Of a stretch of 45,274 nucleotides of DNA, positions 21,622 to 32,494 are shown in pieces. Positions within the stretch are counted from its first letter, which is position 1. Every line of letters starts with the position of its first letter. The stretch is from positions 1,777 through 47,050 of the forward strand of contig CAZCPI010000001.1 of assembly GCA_964500535.1 (NCBI GenBank), in the 5' to 3' direction. A model generated the notes under the pieces. It had not been told where the DNA came from. It made no database searches and saw nothing but the letters and a program-made list of their open reading frames with translations. The position numbers and the translations under genes are program-made. This DNA is from an uncultured Bacteroidales bacterium. GTDB lineage: Bacteria > Bacteroidota > Bacteroidia > Bacteroidales > UBA1402.

Positions 21622-22272
21622 ATGTATATAAATATTCCCCTGATAAAATCCCTGGAAACTTCATCATTAGAAGAAACAGGAAATATTCTTGAAAATGAAG
21701 GATTCGAATTTTCAATTGCTGCCATAAACTGGCCTCACAATTATGAATACAAACCATTGACAATCGTAAAAACTGCAAGAAATTGCGATGCAGTTTTTAT
21801 TTTATTCAAAGTCGAAGAAAAGCATATAAGAGCTGTTCATGATAAAGACAATTCGCCGGTTAATGAAGATAGTTGTGTGGAATTTTTTACAAAAGAAGTT
21901 GACAGTGATTATTATTACAACTTTGAGTTTAATTGTACCGGTACCTGCAAGGCTGCCAGGCACTATAAGGACAGAAATAACTCTGAAGACCTTACGGAGG
22001 ATGAGATGAAAAGAATTGAAAGATTTTCCAGCCTGGAAACCAAAGGAACAGAAAAATCAAATAACCAGACCAAATGGGAACTTCTGGTCAAAATCCCCTT
22101 CTCACTTTTCGGACTTGACAAAAATAAGTTACCTGAAATGATTTCAGGTAATTTCTACAAATGCGGGGATAAAACAAAGGAGCCGCATTATGTAACATGG
22201 GCTCCTGTCATTACTGAAAAACCGGACTTTCACCGACCTGAATTTTTCGGAGAAATTTTTCTGAAAAAATGA
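21622..22272 (+). CDS. Carbohydrate-binding family 9-like (CBM9_2-type) domain protein
   Basis: 216 aa. Motifs recalled from CBM9-like proteins: DSCVEFF, YYNFEFNCTG, FYKCGD. No signal peptide is visible. Confidence 0.5.
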   Translation: MYINIPLIKSLETSSLEETGNILENEGFEFSIAAINWPHNYEYKPLTIVKTARNCDAVFILFKVEEKHIRAVHDKDNSPVNEDSCVEFFTKEVDSDYYYNFEFNCTGTCKAARHYKDRNNSEDLTEDEMKRIERFSSLETKGTEKSNNQTKWELLVKIPFSLFGLDKNKLPEMISGNFYKCGDKTKEPHYVTWAPVITEKPDFHRPEFFGEIFLKK

Positions 22273-22321
22273 CTTAATAAAACGATCTCTACGCAGCAGA
22301 GAATGCACGCACCGTATTTAA

Positions 22322-23461
22322 TCAAACCCAAATCAAATCTGAACAAATAGAATCAGCAATAAACAATGCCTTTTCAGTGAGTTTCAACCGCCCGTTTTCA
22401 TAAATCAACAGTCCTTTCTTGAGGTTTCTTTTTGCATTAAACATGCAATAATACCTTTTGGATATACCAAACAGCCATTCCAGCTCATGCATTATAATAC
22501 CCTTGCTGGTACGCAATCGTGTCATTATGAAATCATTATACTGTGTTTCACTATCAAGTAACTCAACTTCCCTGACAGGGTTATCATTCATAATGCCTGA
22601 AATATAAGCATCTATTGATGAAACGTTGCTTCTTCTTTCAATACCATTATACGAATGAGCAGAGGGTCCTACACCAAGATACCAGGAACCATCCCAATAT
22701 GAAGAATTATGTTTTGACTCGAATCCCGGTAAAGAAAAATTAGAAAGCTCATACCGGTTGAATCCTTTTGCTTTTAATGAGGAATTCAAAAGATAATAAC
22801 ACTCTTCCATGAATTCATCAGAAGCCTGTTTCAACTCACCACTAATAAGCTTTTTGTAAAGTACACTACCTTCTTCCCAACTCAGCGCATATGATGACAA
22901 ATGACTTACAGGTAAATCAAGAGCTTTATCAATAGATTTTTTAAAACTATCAAGAGTCTGCCCGGGCAAACCATACATCAGGTCAATACTTATATTTCTG
23001 AAACCAGCCACATAACAATCCAAAACAGCCTGTTCTGCCTGTTTAGCAGAATGCCTGCGGTTTATAGCTTTGAGCTCATCATCATTAAAACTCTGAACTC
23101 CTATGCTGATTCTGTTAAAAGGGAACTTTCTCAGCATCCGGATATATTCAGGTGTAAGATCATCCGGATTTGCCTCAATAGTGATTTCCTCACATTCAGA
23201 AACATAATAAGATCTTGAAATAGATCCAAAAATCTTTTTTAAATCATCTTCATTTAGTAAAGATGGAGTTCCACCTCCAAAATAAACAGAAAAGAGAGGA
23301 GGCTTAACATCATTCAGGAAGTCTGATTCATCATTGATTTCCCTGGCAATGGCATTCACCAACTCATTTTTCTTCATCAGCGACGTTTCTGAATAAAAGT
23401 CGCAATAATGACATTTGCTTTCACAAAATGGTATATGAATATAAAGACCTGAAATGTTCAT
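22322..23461 (-). CDS. hemW: Radical SAM family heme chaperone HemW (coproporphyrinogen III oxidase-like)
   Basis: YIHIPFCESKCHYCDF (CxxxCxxC), followed by FGGGTPS; 379 aa. Confidence 0.88.
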   Translation of the reverse strand: MNISGLYIHIPFCESKCHYCDFYSETSLMKKNELVNAIAREINDESDFLNDVKPPLFSVYFGGGTPSLLNEDDLKKIFGSISRSYYVSECEEITIEANPDDLTPEYIRMLRKFPFNRISIGVQSFNDDELKAINRRHSAKQAEQAVLDCYVAGFRNISIDLMYGLPGQTLDSFKKSIDKALDLPVSHLSSYALSWEEGSVLYKKLISGELKQASDEFMEECYYLLNSSLKAKGFNRYELSNFSLPGFESKHNSSYWDGSWYLGVGPSAHSYNGIERRSNVSSIDAYISGIMNDNPVREVELLDSETQYNDFIMTRLRTSKGIIMHELEWLFGISKRYYCMFNAKRNLKKGLLIYENGRLKLTEKALFIADSICSDLIWV

Positions 23462-23574
23462 AATCGCAAAATTAATGATAAGAACTTATGATATTATTAA
23501 GACCGAAAAGGCAGTCAAACGCTACATAAATAATCATTAATTTTTTTCAAAAAAATATGAATTTCAGTTAAAAA

Positions 23575-24399
23575 TCAGAGATTAATTTTTTCGCTTACAG
23601 ATATCCTGTCCCTGTACTTTTTCAGCTTCACAGCTTTTGTAACGGCATCATGATATAATGGCAGAATACAATCTCTTTTTGCCGCCTCTTCGAGAAATCT
23701 ATTCTTCTCATCTACTGATATTTGAGCACAATTATCAACTGCAGCAACACACAAGGGCATTACATGCGGAGCCATTGGAACAACATCACCGGAAAATGCA
23801 ACATTAAATTGATTATCTGAAATAAATGAAACTATTTGTCCTTCTGTATGTCCATCAAAAAGTTTCAATTCAAGCCCACTAAACAACTCAGTATCTTCAT
23901 CAATTAGCCTGAGCAGGTTGTGACTTTCAATCGCTTCCACCACTTTCGGGGCATATGAATCAGATTCCCACAGAGATGGATTAAAACATAACTGGTATTG
24001 CTTTTTACTTGCCCAATGTAAAGCATTTTTAAAACAAGGTTCAATTTCACCTTTATCGTTTAACATTACTGAACCACCGCAATGGTCAAAATGCAGGTGA
24101 CTGAAAACCACATCTGTTATCTCATCAGCTTTTACTTCGATTTTTCCAAGTTCTGCAGGTAAATCTTTAAGATCATGAAATCTGTAATACTCCATACCAT
24201 GGACCTGAGCCACGCCTACACCCGTATCAAAAATAACTTTATGCCCGTTAATATCGGCATATAACGCCCGCATAGACAGAGGACATCTGTTTTCCTCATC
24301 CACAGGGTACTTTGAAGCCCATACTTTTTTTGAAACCATACCAAACATGGCCCCACCGTCAGTAGAAAAAAATCCGGTTTCAAGGGAATGGATTTTCAT
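23575..24399 (-). CDS. MBL-fold metallo-hydrolase
   Basis: ATG at 24399; the tracked start at 24477 is a TTG extension that would overlap the divergent mpl start. Contains the HxHxDH motif SHLHFDHCGG. Confidence 0.8.
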   Translation of the reverse strand: MKIHSLETGFFSTDGGAMFGMVSKKVWASKYPVDEENRCPLSMRALYADINGHKVIFDTGVGVAQVHGMEYYRFHDLKDLPAELGKIEVKADEITDVVFSHLHFDHCGGSVMLNDKGEIEPCFKNALHWASKKQYQLCFNPSLWESDSYAPKVVEAIESHNLLRLIDEDTELFSGLELKLFDGHTEGQIVSFISDNQFNVAFSGDVVPMAPHVMPLCVAAVDNCAQISVDEKNRFLEEAAKRDCILPLYHDAVTKAVKLKKYRDRISVSEKINL

Positions 24400-24455
24400 A
24401 TTTAAAGAGTATTTTTGCACTACAAAATTAAAAGAAATTACACGAAATTCATCGT

Positions 24456-25814
24456 ATGAGGATACACTTTGTTGCAATAGGTGGTGCTGCTATGCATAAC
24501 CTGGCCATAGCTCTTAAAGAAAAAGGAGATACAGTCACCGGATCTGACGATGAGATTTTTGATCCTGCGCGTACAAGACTCTCAGAAAAAGGTTTACTAC
24601 CCGAATCTATTGGCTGGCATCCGGAAAAATTAACTAAAGATATTGATGCGGTAATTCTTGGCATGCATGCCAGAGAAGATAATCCGGAATTGATTAAAGC
24701 CAAAGAGCTTGGATTGAGAGTTTTTTCATATCCTGAGTATCTGTATAACCAAACTCAAAACAAGACCCGTGTGGTAATTGGTGGAAGCCACGGTAAAACG
24801 ACGGTAACTTCGATGATCCTATTTGTTCTCAAAAAACTTCAGATGGATTTTGATTATATGGTCGGAGCTCAGATTGAAGGTTTCGACACAATGGTCGGGC
24901 TATCCGAAACGTCAAGGATTGCTATTTTTGAAGGAGATGAATACCTGACGTCACCTATTGACCTGAGACCAAAATTTCATGTTTACCAACCTCATATTGC
25001 TGTGGTAACAGGTATTGCCTGGGATCACATCAACGTTTTTCCGACATTTGCCAATTATGTTGAACAGTTTGCAATCTTTTCAAAAAAAATTGAGAGAGAT
25101 GGCAAATTTATTTATTTCGAGGGTGATGAAAATCTGAAAAATATTGCTTCAGATCTCAGAAGTGACCTGACGGCTATCCCATATAAAGAGCATCCTCACC
25201 ATATAATTGAGGGGAAAACATGGCTTGACACCAAATATGGTGAGATACCATTAAGGATATTTGGCAACCACAATCTTCAAAATATTCAGGCTGCCCATTA
25301 CGTTTGCCGTCAACTTGGAGTTGCTGACAAGGACTTTTATTCTGCCATTGCTGAATTTAAAGGAGCAGCAAAACGTTTACAAATAATAAACGAAAACGAT
25401 GACTGCACAATATTCCAGGATTTTGCTCACTCACCTTCAAAATTAAAAGCTACTGTTTCTGCTGTAAAAGAGCAATATCCTGATCGCAGGTTGACTGCAT
25501 GTATGGAGCTTCATACTTTCAGCAGCCTTACTGCAGCTTTTCTTCCTGAATACAAAGATAGCATGCAGGCAGCCGACAAGGCTTTTGTCTATTACAACCC
25601 GAAAACAATAGAGCATAAACATCTTGAAAATATAACGCCTGCGCAGGTTTCTGAGGCATTTGGCGGTAATAATATTGAGGTGATAACAGATTCTGCTGTC
25701 CTTACTGATAAAATCAGGACGCTGAAATTCAGGAATCATAATTTATTAATGATGTCCTCAGGTAACTTTGACGGCATCAATATCAAATCTCTCGCTTTTG
25801 AACTTTTAGTCTGA
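24456..25814 (+). CDS. mpl: Mur ligase family protein, Mpl-like (UDP-N-acetylmuramate:L-Ala-gamma-D-Glu-meso-DAP ligase)
   Basis: N-terminus IHFVAIGGAAMHNLAIAL, P-loop GGSHGKTT, and DFAHSP. Confidence 0.8.
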   Translation: MRIHFVAIGGAAMHNLAIALKEKGDTVTGSDDEIFDPARTRLSEKGLLPESIGWHPEKLTKDIDAVILGMHAREDNPELIKAKELGLRVFSYPEYLYNQTQNKTRVVIGGSHGKTTVTSMILFVLKKLQMDFDYMVGAQIEGFDTMVGLSETSRIAIFEGDEYLTSPIDLRPKFHVYQPHIAVVTGIAWDHINVFPTFANYVEQFAIFSKKIERDGKFIYFEGDENLKNIASDLRSDLTAIPYKEHPHHIIEGKTWLDTKYGEIPLRIFGNHNLQNIQAAHYVCRQLGVADKDFYSAIAEFKGAAKRLQIINENDDCTIFQDFAHSPSKLKATVSAVKEQYPDRRLTACMELHTFSSLTAAFLPEYKDSMQAADKAFVYYNPKTIEHKHLENITPAQVSEAFGGNNIEVITDSAVLTDKIRTLKFRNHNLLMMSSGNFDGINIKSLAFELLV

Positions 25815-25817
25815 ATC

Positions 25818-26363
25818 ATGTTAACGGCAAGAGGCAAAAAAAATGAAAACATTGCAGAATACATTCTGTATATGTGGCAGATTGAAGATCAGATCAGAGC
25901 ATTTGGTTTCGACATTGAAAAGATACAACAATATATTATTGATAAATATGACCAACCTGTACAGGTAAAAAAAGAAATCAGGGAATGGTATGAAAGCCTC
26001 ATCGAGATGATGACGATTGAAAATGTAAAGGCGCAGGGACACATTCAATTAAACAAGAATGTGATTTCGGAACTTGATGATTTACATAAAAGTCTTCTGG
26101 CATCGCCCAAAGAGTCTTTTTATACAATGAGCTATTACAAGGTGTTACCACTTATAGTTGAGCTCAGGTCTAAAGATGGTAAACATCAGTTTGGAGAAAT
26201 TGAAACATGCTTAAATCTTATGTACGGAATTCTTGTACTCAGACTGAAGAAATCTGAAATATCTGAATATACTTTAAATGCAGCAAAGCAGATAAGTGAA
26301 TTACTGAAATTACTTGCATTAAAATACAAGCAGGACAAAACAGAAGGTTTGGATATTGATTGA
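25818..26363 (+). CDS. Conserved hypothetical protein (resembles Bacteroidota DUF4924 family)
   Basis: 181 aa, helical, with NIAEYILYMWQIEDQIRA near the N-terminus. The family assignment is from memory only. Confidence 0.5.
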   Translation: MLTARGKKNENIAEYILYMWQIEDQIRAFGFDIEKIQQYIIDKYDQPVQVKKEIREWYESLIEMMTIENVKAQGHIQLNKNVISELDDLHKSLLASPKESFYTMSYYKVLPLIVELRSKDGKHQFGEIETCLNLMYGILVLRLKKSEISEYTLNAAKQISELLKLLALKYKQDKTEGLDID

Positions 26364-26398
26364 GAGTGCATTATTATAAACACAAAACAAATTACAAA

Positions 26399-27352
26399 AT
26401 GGCTATCACATTTCCTTTGGGAGGAATTCTCAATGAAGATAAAGAAAAAGGAAAAACTGCAGAGTTTGAATATGGTCTGAGCCTTCCAAAAATTTTTGTA
26501 ACAGGTTCAAAAGGCCAGCTTGGCAGTGAATTGAGAAAAATCGCCAGGTCCTGTAATGATCTGCTGTTTGACTTCACTGATATTGACGAACTTGACTTAT
26601 GTGACGCTCAGTCTGTTATGAATTACGTCATATCAAGTGGTCCGAAATACATTATTAATTGTGCAGCATATACAGCTGTTGACAGAGCTGAAGACGAGCC
26701 TTCCAAATGCTTTCAGGTAAATCGCGATGCTGTCGAAAATCTTGCAAAAGCAGCTGTTGCTGTTAAAGCAAAAATTATTCACGTATCTACTGACTACGTT
26801 TTTGATGGAAAAGCTGATAAACCATACACTGAAGATGATGAAGTTTGTCCGGATTCAGTCTATGGAAATTCCAAACTTGAAGGCGAGCAGGTATTACAAT
26901 CCACATGTGAGGACTATGTAATTTTACGTACAGCCTGGCTTTACTCTGCATATGGTTCAAACTTTGTTAAAACGATTTTGAGAAAAAGCCGGGAATTACC
27001 AAGATTAAACATCGTGAGTGACCAGTTTGGTTCGCCGACTTACGCAAGGGATCTTGCAGATGCAATCATGACAATTATTAAATCAGCTGAAAAAGGCAAA
27101 TTTGTACCCGGAATATTTAATTACAGCAATGAAGGTATAATAAGCTGGTTTGATTTAGCTGTTGAAACAATCAGACTCGGAAATATTAAGAGATGTGAAG
27201 TATTGCCAATACCAAGCAGCGCTTATCCCGCGAAAGCGAAGAGGCCATCATGGAGTGTGCTTGATAAAACAAAAATTAAAAACGTATATGGTATTAACGT
27301 ACCGCAATGGGAAGACAGCCTTGCGGAATGTATTTCTTTATTGAATGACTGA
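26399..27352 (+). CDS. rfbD: dTDP-4-dehydrorhamnose reductase
   Basis: First ATG at 26399; the tracked start at 26360 is TTG. Contains [22 protein letters not shown] and YGNSKLEGE (YxxxK). About 30 aa precede the Rossmann fold, so the exact start is uncertain. Confidence 0.85.
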   Translation: MAITFPLGGILNEDKEKGKTAEFEYGLSLPKIFVTGSKGQLGSELRKIARSCNDLLFDFTDIDELDLCDAQSVMNYVISSGPKYIINCAAYTAVDRAEDEPSKCFQVNRDAVENLAKAAVAVKAKIIHVSTDYVFDGKADKPYTEDDEVCPDSVYGNSKLEGEQVLQSTCEDYVILRTAWLYSAYGSNFVKTILRKSRELPRLNIVSDQFGSPTYARDLADAIMTIIKSAEKGKFVPGIFNYSNEGIISWFDLAVETIRLGNIKRCEVLPIPSSAYPAKAKRPSWSVLDKTKIKNVYGINVPQWEDSLAECISLLND

Positions 27353-28931
27353 ACTGGAACAAGAAATTTTGCGAAGAAGAACCTTCGCCATAATCAGCCA
27401 TCCTGACGCTGGTAAAACGACTTTAACTGAAAAACTGCTGCTTTTTGGAGGAGCCATTCATATAGCCGGAGCTGTAAAATCAAATAAAATAAAAAAAACA
27501 GCTACCTCTGACTGGATGGAAATCGAAAAACAACGTGGTATTTCAGTCGCAACTTCTGTAATGGGTTTTGACTACCATGATTACAAGATTAATATACTTG
27601 ATACTCCCGGTCACCAGGATTTTGCGGAGGATACATTCCGCACTCTTACAGCTGTAGATAGCGTTATTATTGTTGTCGACGTTGCCAAAGGTGTTGAAAC
27701 TCAAACACGGAAACTCATGGATGTATGCCGTATGAGGAAAACACCGGTAATGATATTTGTCAATAAGATGGACCGTTTGGGTAAGGAGCCGTTTGATCTG
27801 CTTGATGAGCTTGAGATGGAGCTTGGCATTTCAGTAAGGCCACTCACCTGGCCAATAAATCAGGGACCGGAATTTAAAGGTGTATATAATATACTTGACG
27901 AAAACCTTAACCTTTACACTCCTTCTAAACAGACTGTATCGGAATCAGTTAGTATTGATAATATCAACAGCACCGAACTTGATGAATATGTTGGAGAAAA
28001 AAATGCTGCTGTTCTAAGAAAAGATCTTGAACTGATAGAAGGAATATATAATCCTTTTAATACTGATGAATACCTTAAGGGAAATTTAGCTCCTGTATTT
28101 TTTGGTTCTGCGCTAAACAATTTCGGAGTGAAGGAATTACTTGATTGTTTTGTCAGGATTGCCCCAACTCCGGGACCTACTAAAACTCAGGAAAGGATTG
28201 TAAGTCCTGAAGAAACAACATTCAGTGGTTTCATCTTTAAGATTCATGCTAACATGGATCCTAACCACAGAAGTTGTATAGCATTTCTTAAAATATGTTC
28301 AGGGAAATTTGAGAGAAATATAAATTACAAGCACGTCAGATTTGGCAAGATGCTTAAGTTCTCATCCCCCACCGCTTTCATGGCTCAAAAAAAGTCTATT
28401 GTTGATGAAGCCTGGCCCGGTGACATAGTTGGATTACCTGATACCGGTAACTTTAAGATTGGAGATACACTTACCAGCGGAGAAGATCTTCATTTTAAAG
28501 GTATTCCGAGTTTCTCTCCTGAAATGTTTAAATACATCGAAAATGCTGATCCGATGAAAGCCAAGCAGCTGAACAAAGGTATAGACCAGCTTATGGATGA
28601 AGGTGTTGCACAGGTGTTTACTAACCAGTTTAACGGAAGAAAGATTATCGGAACGGTTGGACAACTTCAGTTTGAGGTAATTCAATACCGTCTTGAACAT
28701 GAATATGGAGCACTTTGCCGATGGGAACCCATAAATCTGTATAAGGCTTGCTGGATTGAAAGTAATGATATGGAGGAACTTGAAAATTTCAAAAAAAGGA
28801 AGTTTCAGTATATGGCTCTTGACAAAGATGGCCGTGATGTTTTTATGGCCGATTCGGAATACGTACTGAGAATGGCCCAATCAGATTTCAAAAATATCAC
28901 ATTCCATTTCAGCTCCGAACTTCACCAGTAA
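27345..28931 (+). CDS. prfC: Peptide chain release factor 3
   Basis: [35 protein letters not shown]. Overlaps the rfbD stop by 8 nt. Confidence 0.95.
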   Translation: MTELEQEILRRRTFAIISHPDAGKTTLTEKLLLFGGAIHIAGAVKSNKIKKTATSDWMEIEKQRGISVATSVMGFDYHDYKINILDTPGHQDFAEDTFRTLTAVDSVIIVVDVAKGVETQTRKLMDVCRMRKTPVMIFVNKMDRLGKEPFDLLDELEMELGISVRPLTWPINQGPEFKGVYNILDENLNLYTPSKQTVSESVSIDNINSTELDEYVGEKNAAVLRKDLELIEGIYNPFNTDEYLKGNLAPVFFGSALNNFGVKELLDCFVRIAPTPGPTKTQERIVSPEETTFSGFIFKIHANMDPNHRSCIAFLKICSGKFERNINYKHVRFGKMLKFSSPTAFMAQKKSIVDEAWPGDIVGLPDTGNFKIGDTLTSGEDLHFKGIPSFSPEMFKYIENADPMKAKQLNKGIDQLMDEGVAQVFTNQFNGRKIIGTVGQLQFEVIQYRLEHEYGALCRWEPINLYKACWIESNDMEELENFKKRKFQYMALDKDGRDVFMADSEYVLRMAQSDFKNITFHFSSELHQ

Positions 28932-28967
28932 TTATTTTTAAAATTTATACATTCGGGTATATTAGCC

Positions 28968-28999
28968 AAAAAGCACGGTCCTCACGGATCGTGCTTTTT
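28968..28999. terminator. Bidirectional rho-independent terminator between convergent prfC and the glucokinase gene
   Basis: AAAAAGCACGGTCC-TCAC-GGATCGTGCTTTTT, a 14-bp stem flanked by an A-run and a T-run. Confidence 0.8.
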
Positions 29000-29182
29000 A
29001 CATCTAATACTCTAACCTTACATTAATCATAATGACCCGGATAAAGTTATCTGAATCATGATTTTGTGCATTCATGGTATGAGCCAAAGATATATTTTGT
29101 TTTTTTTATGATGGTAGAAAAATCGGTCAAATACGAGGGTTTTTTGGTAAAAAAACAAAAAAACCGACATATTTGAAAACTT

Positions 29183-30157
29183 TTAAGATATTTCCATATA
29201 AACCAGTGCACTGGAACCAACTATTGCTGCATCACCTGCTCTAAGTTGTGAAGGCAATACTTTGATCTTATTTTTGAAAATTGGTAGAAGATGTTCTTCC
29301 AGACTTTCACGTATTGGCTTAAATAAGTACTCTCCGGCAGCAGTAGGACCACCAAATAAAAAGATAGCTTCAGGACTCGTATGATGTACACTATCTGCCA
29401 AACCTTGCCCAAGCCACCTTCCTGTTTTTTCGAAAACCTCAAGGGCCACGGCATCTCCTTTTTCAGCAGCTTCAAAAATCATTTTAGAATCCAGTTCATT
29501 AAATGATTTGTCGGCAAGTAAACTATTTGTAGCATTATCTCTTGCCATTATTTCAAATGCAGTCCTTTTCATACCGGGGGCAGAGCAGTAAGCTTCAAGA
29601 TGACCTTTACTTCCACATCCACATTTACGTCCTTCAGGTATTAATGTTGTATGACCACATTCTCCGGCAAATCCGTCATGCCCATAAACCATCTTTCCAT
29701 CCACAACGATACCACTTCCCACACCTGTACCTAATGTGTACATGACGAAATTTTTCATGCCTTTTGCACCACCATATATCATTTCACCGATAGCTGCAGC
29801 ATTGGCATCATTAGTAAGTGTAATTATCGAAATATCCGGAAACTTTTCTTTCAACAGATTGGTAAAAGGTATTACACCTTTAAAAGACAAATTTGGGGCA
29901 TATTCAATTGTTCCTTTGTAATAATTACCATTAGGAGCCCCTACTCCAATACCTATTATAGTGATATCTTCATTAATCAATTTAACTGACTTTATCAATT
30001 CTTTTATAGCCTCAGCAAGATCATTAATGTATTTATGGATATCACCATGGGCAGGTGTCAAAATATTGCTTTTAACAAGAACCTCACCATCAGAGTCAAC
30101 AATACCAATAGCGGTATTTGTTCCTCCGATATCAACTCCAACAGAAGCTTTTTTCAT
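29183..30157 (-). CDS. ROK family glucokinase
   Basis: VGVDIGGTNTAIGIV, and the ROK zinc motif GHTTLIPEGRKCGCGSKGHLEAYCS. Confidence 0.88.
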   Translation of the reverse strand: MKKASVGVDIGGTNTAIGIVDSDGEVLVKSNILTPAHGDIHKYINDLAEAIKELIKSVKLINEDITIIGIGVGAPNGNYYKGTIEYAPNLSFKGVIPFTNLLKEKFPDISIITLTNDANAAAIGEMIYGGAKGMKNFVMYTLGTGVGSGIVVDGKMVYGHDGFAGECGHTTLIPEGRKCGCGSKGHLEAYCSAPGMKRTAFEIMARDNATNSLLADKSFNELDSKMIFEAAEKGDAVALEVFEKTGRWLGQGLADSVHHTSPEAIFLFGGPTAAGEYLFKPIRESLEEHLLPIFKNKIKVLPSQLRAGDAAIVGSSALVYMEIS

Positions 30158-30266
30158 AATATCAGTATTTAAAATCAGGTTTATATTATATACATTTCTA
30201 AAAAAAAATCAAACAGAACAAAATTAAAAAATTATATAGTTATTTGATCAAAATGATATATCTGAT

Positions 30267-31340
30267 TCAAAATAAATTTTTTCTTCTGAACCAGATATAA
30301 AGACCAATCCCGACAATAATCATTATTAACCAGGCAAAAATATATCCATATTGCCAACCCAGCTCAGGCATAAAATTAAAATTCATACCCCATACACCAG
30401 CAAGGAATGTCAATGGAATGAATATCGTGGCAATAACTGTTAACTGCTTCATTATGTGATTCATCCTGACATCATTATTTGCAAGATATAAATCAATAAG
30501 TGATGCCAGCGATTCGCGGTTTGATTCAAGCATTAGAGTGATTTGCTGTATATGGTCATATGTATCCTTAAAATAAGGTTTCACTTCAGAACTTAAATAG
30601 TACGAATTCAACATTATCAAACGGTTGAAAGACTCCCTGAATGGCAGAATAGCTTTTTTAAGTCTTGAATAATCCCTTCTGAACAATTGAATTTGCTTAC
30701 CGGAATCTTTATGATCAGCATTAAATTCCATAAGCAGGTCTTCCATATCCATCAAATAATCCTGCATATGTTCGATTACTTCAAAATATGAATCTACAAT
30801 AATGCTAATCAATAGATTAAATAAATAATCAGATTTCATTTTTCTTAGCTGGCTCCTGTTTTCCTGAAGTGATTTTAATATTTGTTCAAAACTTCGATCT
30901 GATCCTTCTTCAAAAGAAAGCAGGTAATCCTCACCAAGCATAAAACATTGATGTTCTCTTGAAAGTGTCACATTCTCATCATAGGAATATGCATCAAGGA
31001 CAGCAAATATTCCGGAATCAGTTTCTTCAATTTTTGCAATATGTCTTGAATTTAAAATATCCTGAACTACCGTCATTTGCAAATTGAATACAGAGCACAA
31101 ACTACCAACTGACTCTACATCTTTCAGACCACTCACATGAATCCAGTTTACTTTACCGGGAATAAGTTCAATTTTAGCCGGGTTCTTAACTATTGAAGAA
31201 TGCAGACTATCCTGATCAAAAACTGTAAATCTTATCAGCGTAGGATTATCAAAAGATCCGTTGTATGCAAGGCTTTCATAGAGCAGGTTATTCTTCCTTT
31301 TAATTATTTTCTTTGCTGTTTTTACTGATGGTCTCTCCAT
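30267..31340 (-). CDS. corA: Magnesium/cobalt transporter CorA
   Basis: Two C-terminal TM helices with GMNF (..FLAGVWGMNFNFMPE..); 357 aa. Confidence 0.9.
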   Translation of the reverse strand: MERPSVKTAKKIIKRKNNLLYESLAYNGSFDNPTLIRFTVFDQDSLHSSIVKNPAKIELIPGKVNWIHVSGLKDVESVGSLCSVFNLQMTVVQDILNSRHIAKIEETDSGIFAVLDAYSYDENVTLSREHQCFMLGEDYLLSFEEGSDRSFEQILKSLQENRSQLRKMKSDYLFNLLISIIVDSYFEVIEHMQDYLMDMEDLLMEFNADHKDSGKQIQLFRRDYSRLKKAILPFRESFNRLIMLNSYYLSSEVKPYFKDTYDHIQQITLMLESNRESLASLIDLYLANNDVRMNHIMKQLTVIATIFIPLTFLAGVWGMNFNFMPELGWQYGYIFAWLIMIIVGIGLYIWFRRKNLF

Positions 31341-31453
31341 AGTTATTAAAGATTAATGTTTAAGGCGACAAACCAGGACAAAAGTGGCATAAAATTATTA
31401 TATTTCTTAATTTTGAAGCATCAAATAAATAAAATCTGATAAATAAACCTGAT

Positions 31454-32101
31454 ATGGTAAAAACTAAGACCTTTCTGATTTCATTGATTATTTTTATATC
31501 ATTGCCATCATCTTTATTTGCTCAAAATATTGATATAGACATTCTGGAATCTTTGAATAATGAAGGTAAATATCCACTTGACAACATTATGTCAGGCATT
31601 TCAAATACGAGTTATATACTGGATATCTCTATTCCAGCAACGATTGGACTAACCGGATTGATAAAACATGATAAAGACCTGTTTTATAAAGGCATAGAGA
31701 TGGGAACTGCTGCATTGTTTAATGCAGCCATAACATATTCTATGAAAAATATCATTAACCGGAAAAGACCATATGAATCTTATCCTGATTTAATTTTCGA
31801 CAAGTCCTCATCGGGAAGTCCTTCTTTCCCCTCAGGTCATACTTCTGCCAGTTTTACCACAGCAACAACATTAAGTCTGAACTTCCCGAAATGGTATGTG
31901 ATTGTACCATCATATCTTTGGGCATCCTCAGTAGGTTTTTCGCGTATGTATCTTGGCGTACATTACCCAAGTGATGTTTTGGCAGGAGCATTAATTGGTT
32001 CAGGCAGTGCATACCTGACTTTCAAAATAAATAAATGGCTTCAAAAAAAATATGATTATAAAAATGAAATCAAATTACGGATCCTTGAACAAACTTATTA
32101 A
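31454..32101 (+). CDS. PAP2 superfamily lipid phosphatase
   Basis: Tripartite motif KNIINRKRP / PSGH / SRMYLGVHYPSD; signal/TM at the N-terminus. Confidence 0.85.
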   Translation: MVKTKTFLISLIIFISLPSSLFAQNIDIDILESLNNEGKYPLDNIMSGISNTSYILDISIPATIGLTGLIKHDKDLFYKGIEMGTAALFNAAITYSMKNIINRKRPYESYPDLIFDKSSSGSPSFPSGHTSASFTTATTLSLNFPKWYVIVPSYLWASSVGFSRMYLGVHYPSDVLAGALIGSGSAYLTFKINKWLQKKYDYKNEIKLRILEQTY

Positions 32102-32444
32102 AAGTTTCGGTTATGCATTCAGAGGTTTGGCAGATTTAATCAAATCAGAACAAAATGCCAAGATACATTTGTTGATCACCATTTTAGTAATAATAACAGG
32201 ATTTGTATTCAAGATTAATGCTACAGAGTGGTGTATTGTGTTTTTTTGTATTGCAATAGTATTTTCAACAGAAGCACTTAATACCTCTGTCGAAAAAATC
32301 ATAGACCATCTTTTTAAAGATAAAAATGAAACCGCCCGTATTGTCAAGGATATCTCAGCAGGAGCCGTACTTATTTGCGCAATAATATCCGTTATCTGCG
32401 GATTGATAATCTTTCTACCAAAATTCTTAAATTTTATTAGCTGA
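32052..32444 (+). CDS. dgkA: Diacylglycerol/undecaprenol kinase family protein (DgkA)
   Basis: SFGYAFRGL, then TEALNTSVEKIIDH (E..NT..E..D), with 3 TM helices. An alternative ATG lies at 32064. Overlaps the PAP2 gene by 38-50 nt. Confidence 0.85.
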   Translation: MIIKMKSNYGSLNKLIKSFGYAFRGLADLIKSEQNAKIHLLITILVIITGFVFKINATEWCIVFFCIAIVFSTEALNTSVEKIIDHLFKDKNETARIVKDISAGAVLICAIISVICGLIIFLPKFLNFIS

Positions 32445-32494
32445 AAAACTCAGGTAAGTATTTCCTTTTGTAGAACCCGGAATACACAAAATAA

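Noticed and set aside
28932-29182. Small ORFs (9-17 aa) and an A/T-run hairpin (GGTTTTTT..AAAAAACC near 29135-29165) in the largest intergenic gap, 251 bp.
   Set aside because: The ORFs are too short and lack start context. The hairpin consists almost only of A-T pairs. The strong terminator at 28968-28999 already accounts for the convergent gene ends. An sRNA cannot be excluded without expression data.
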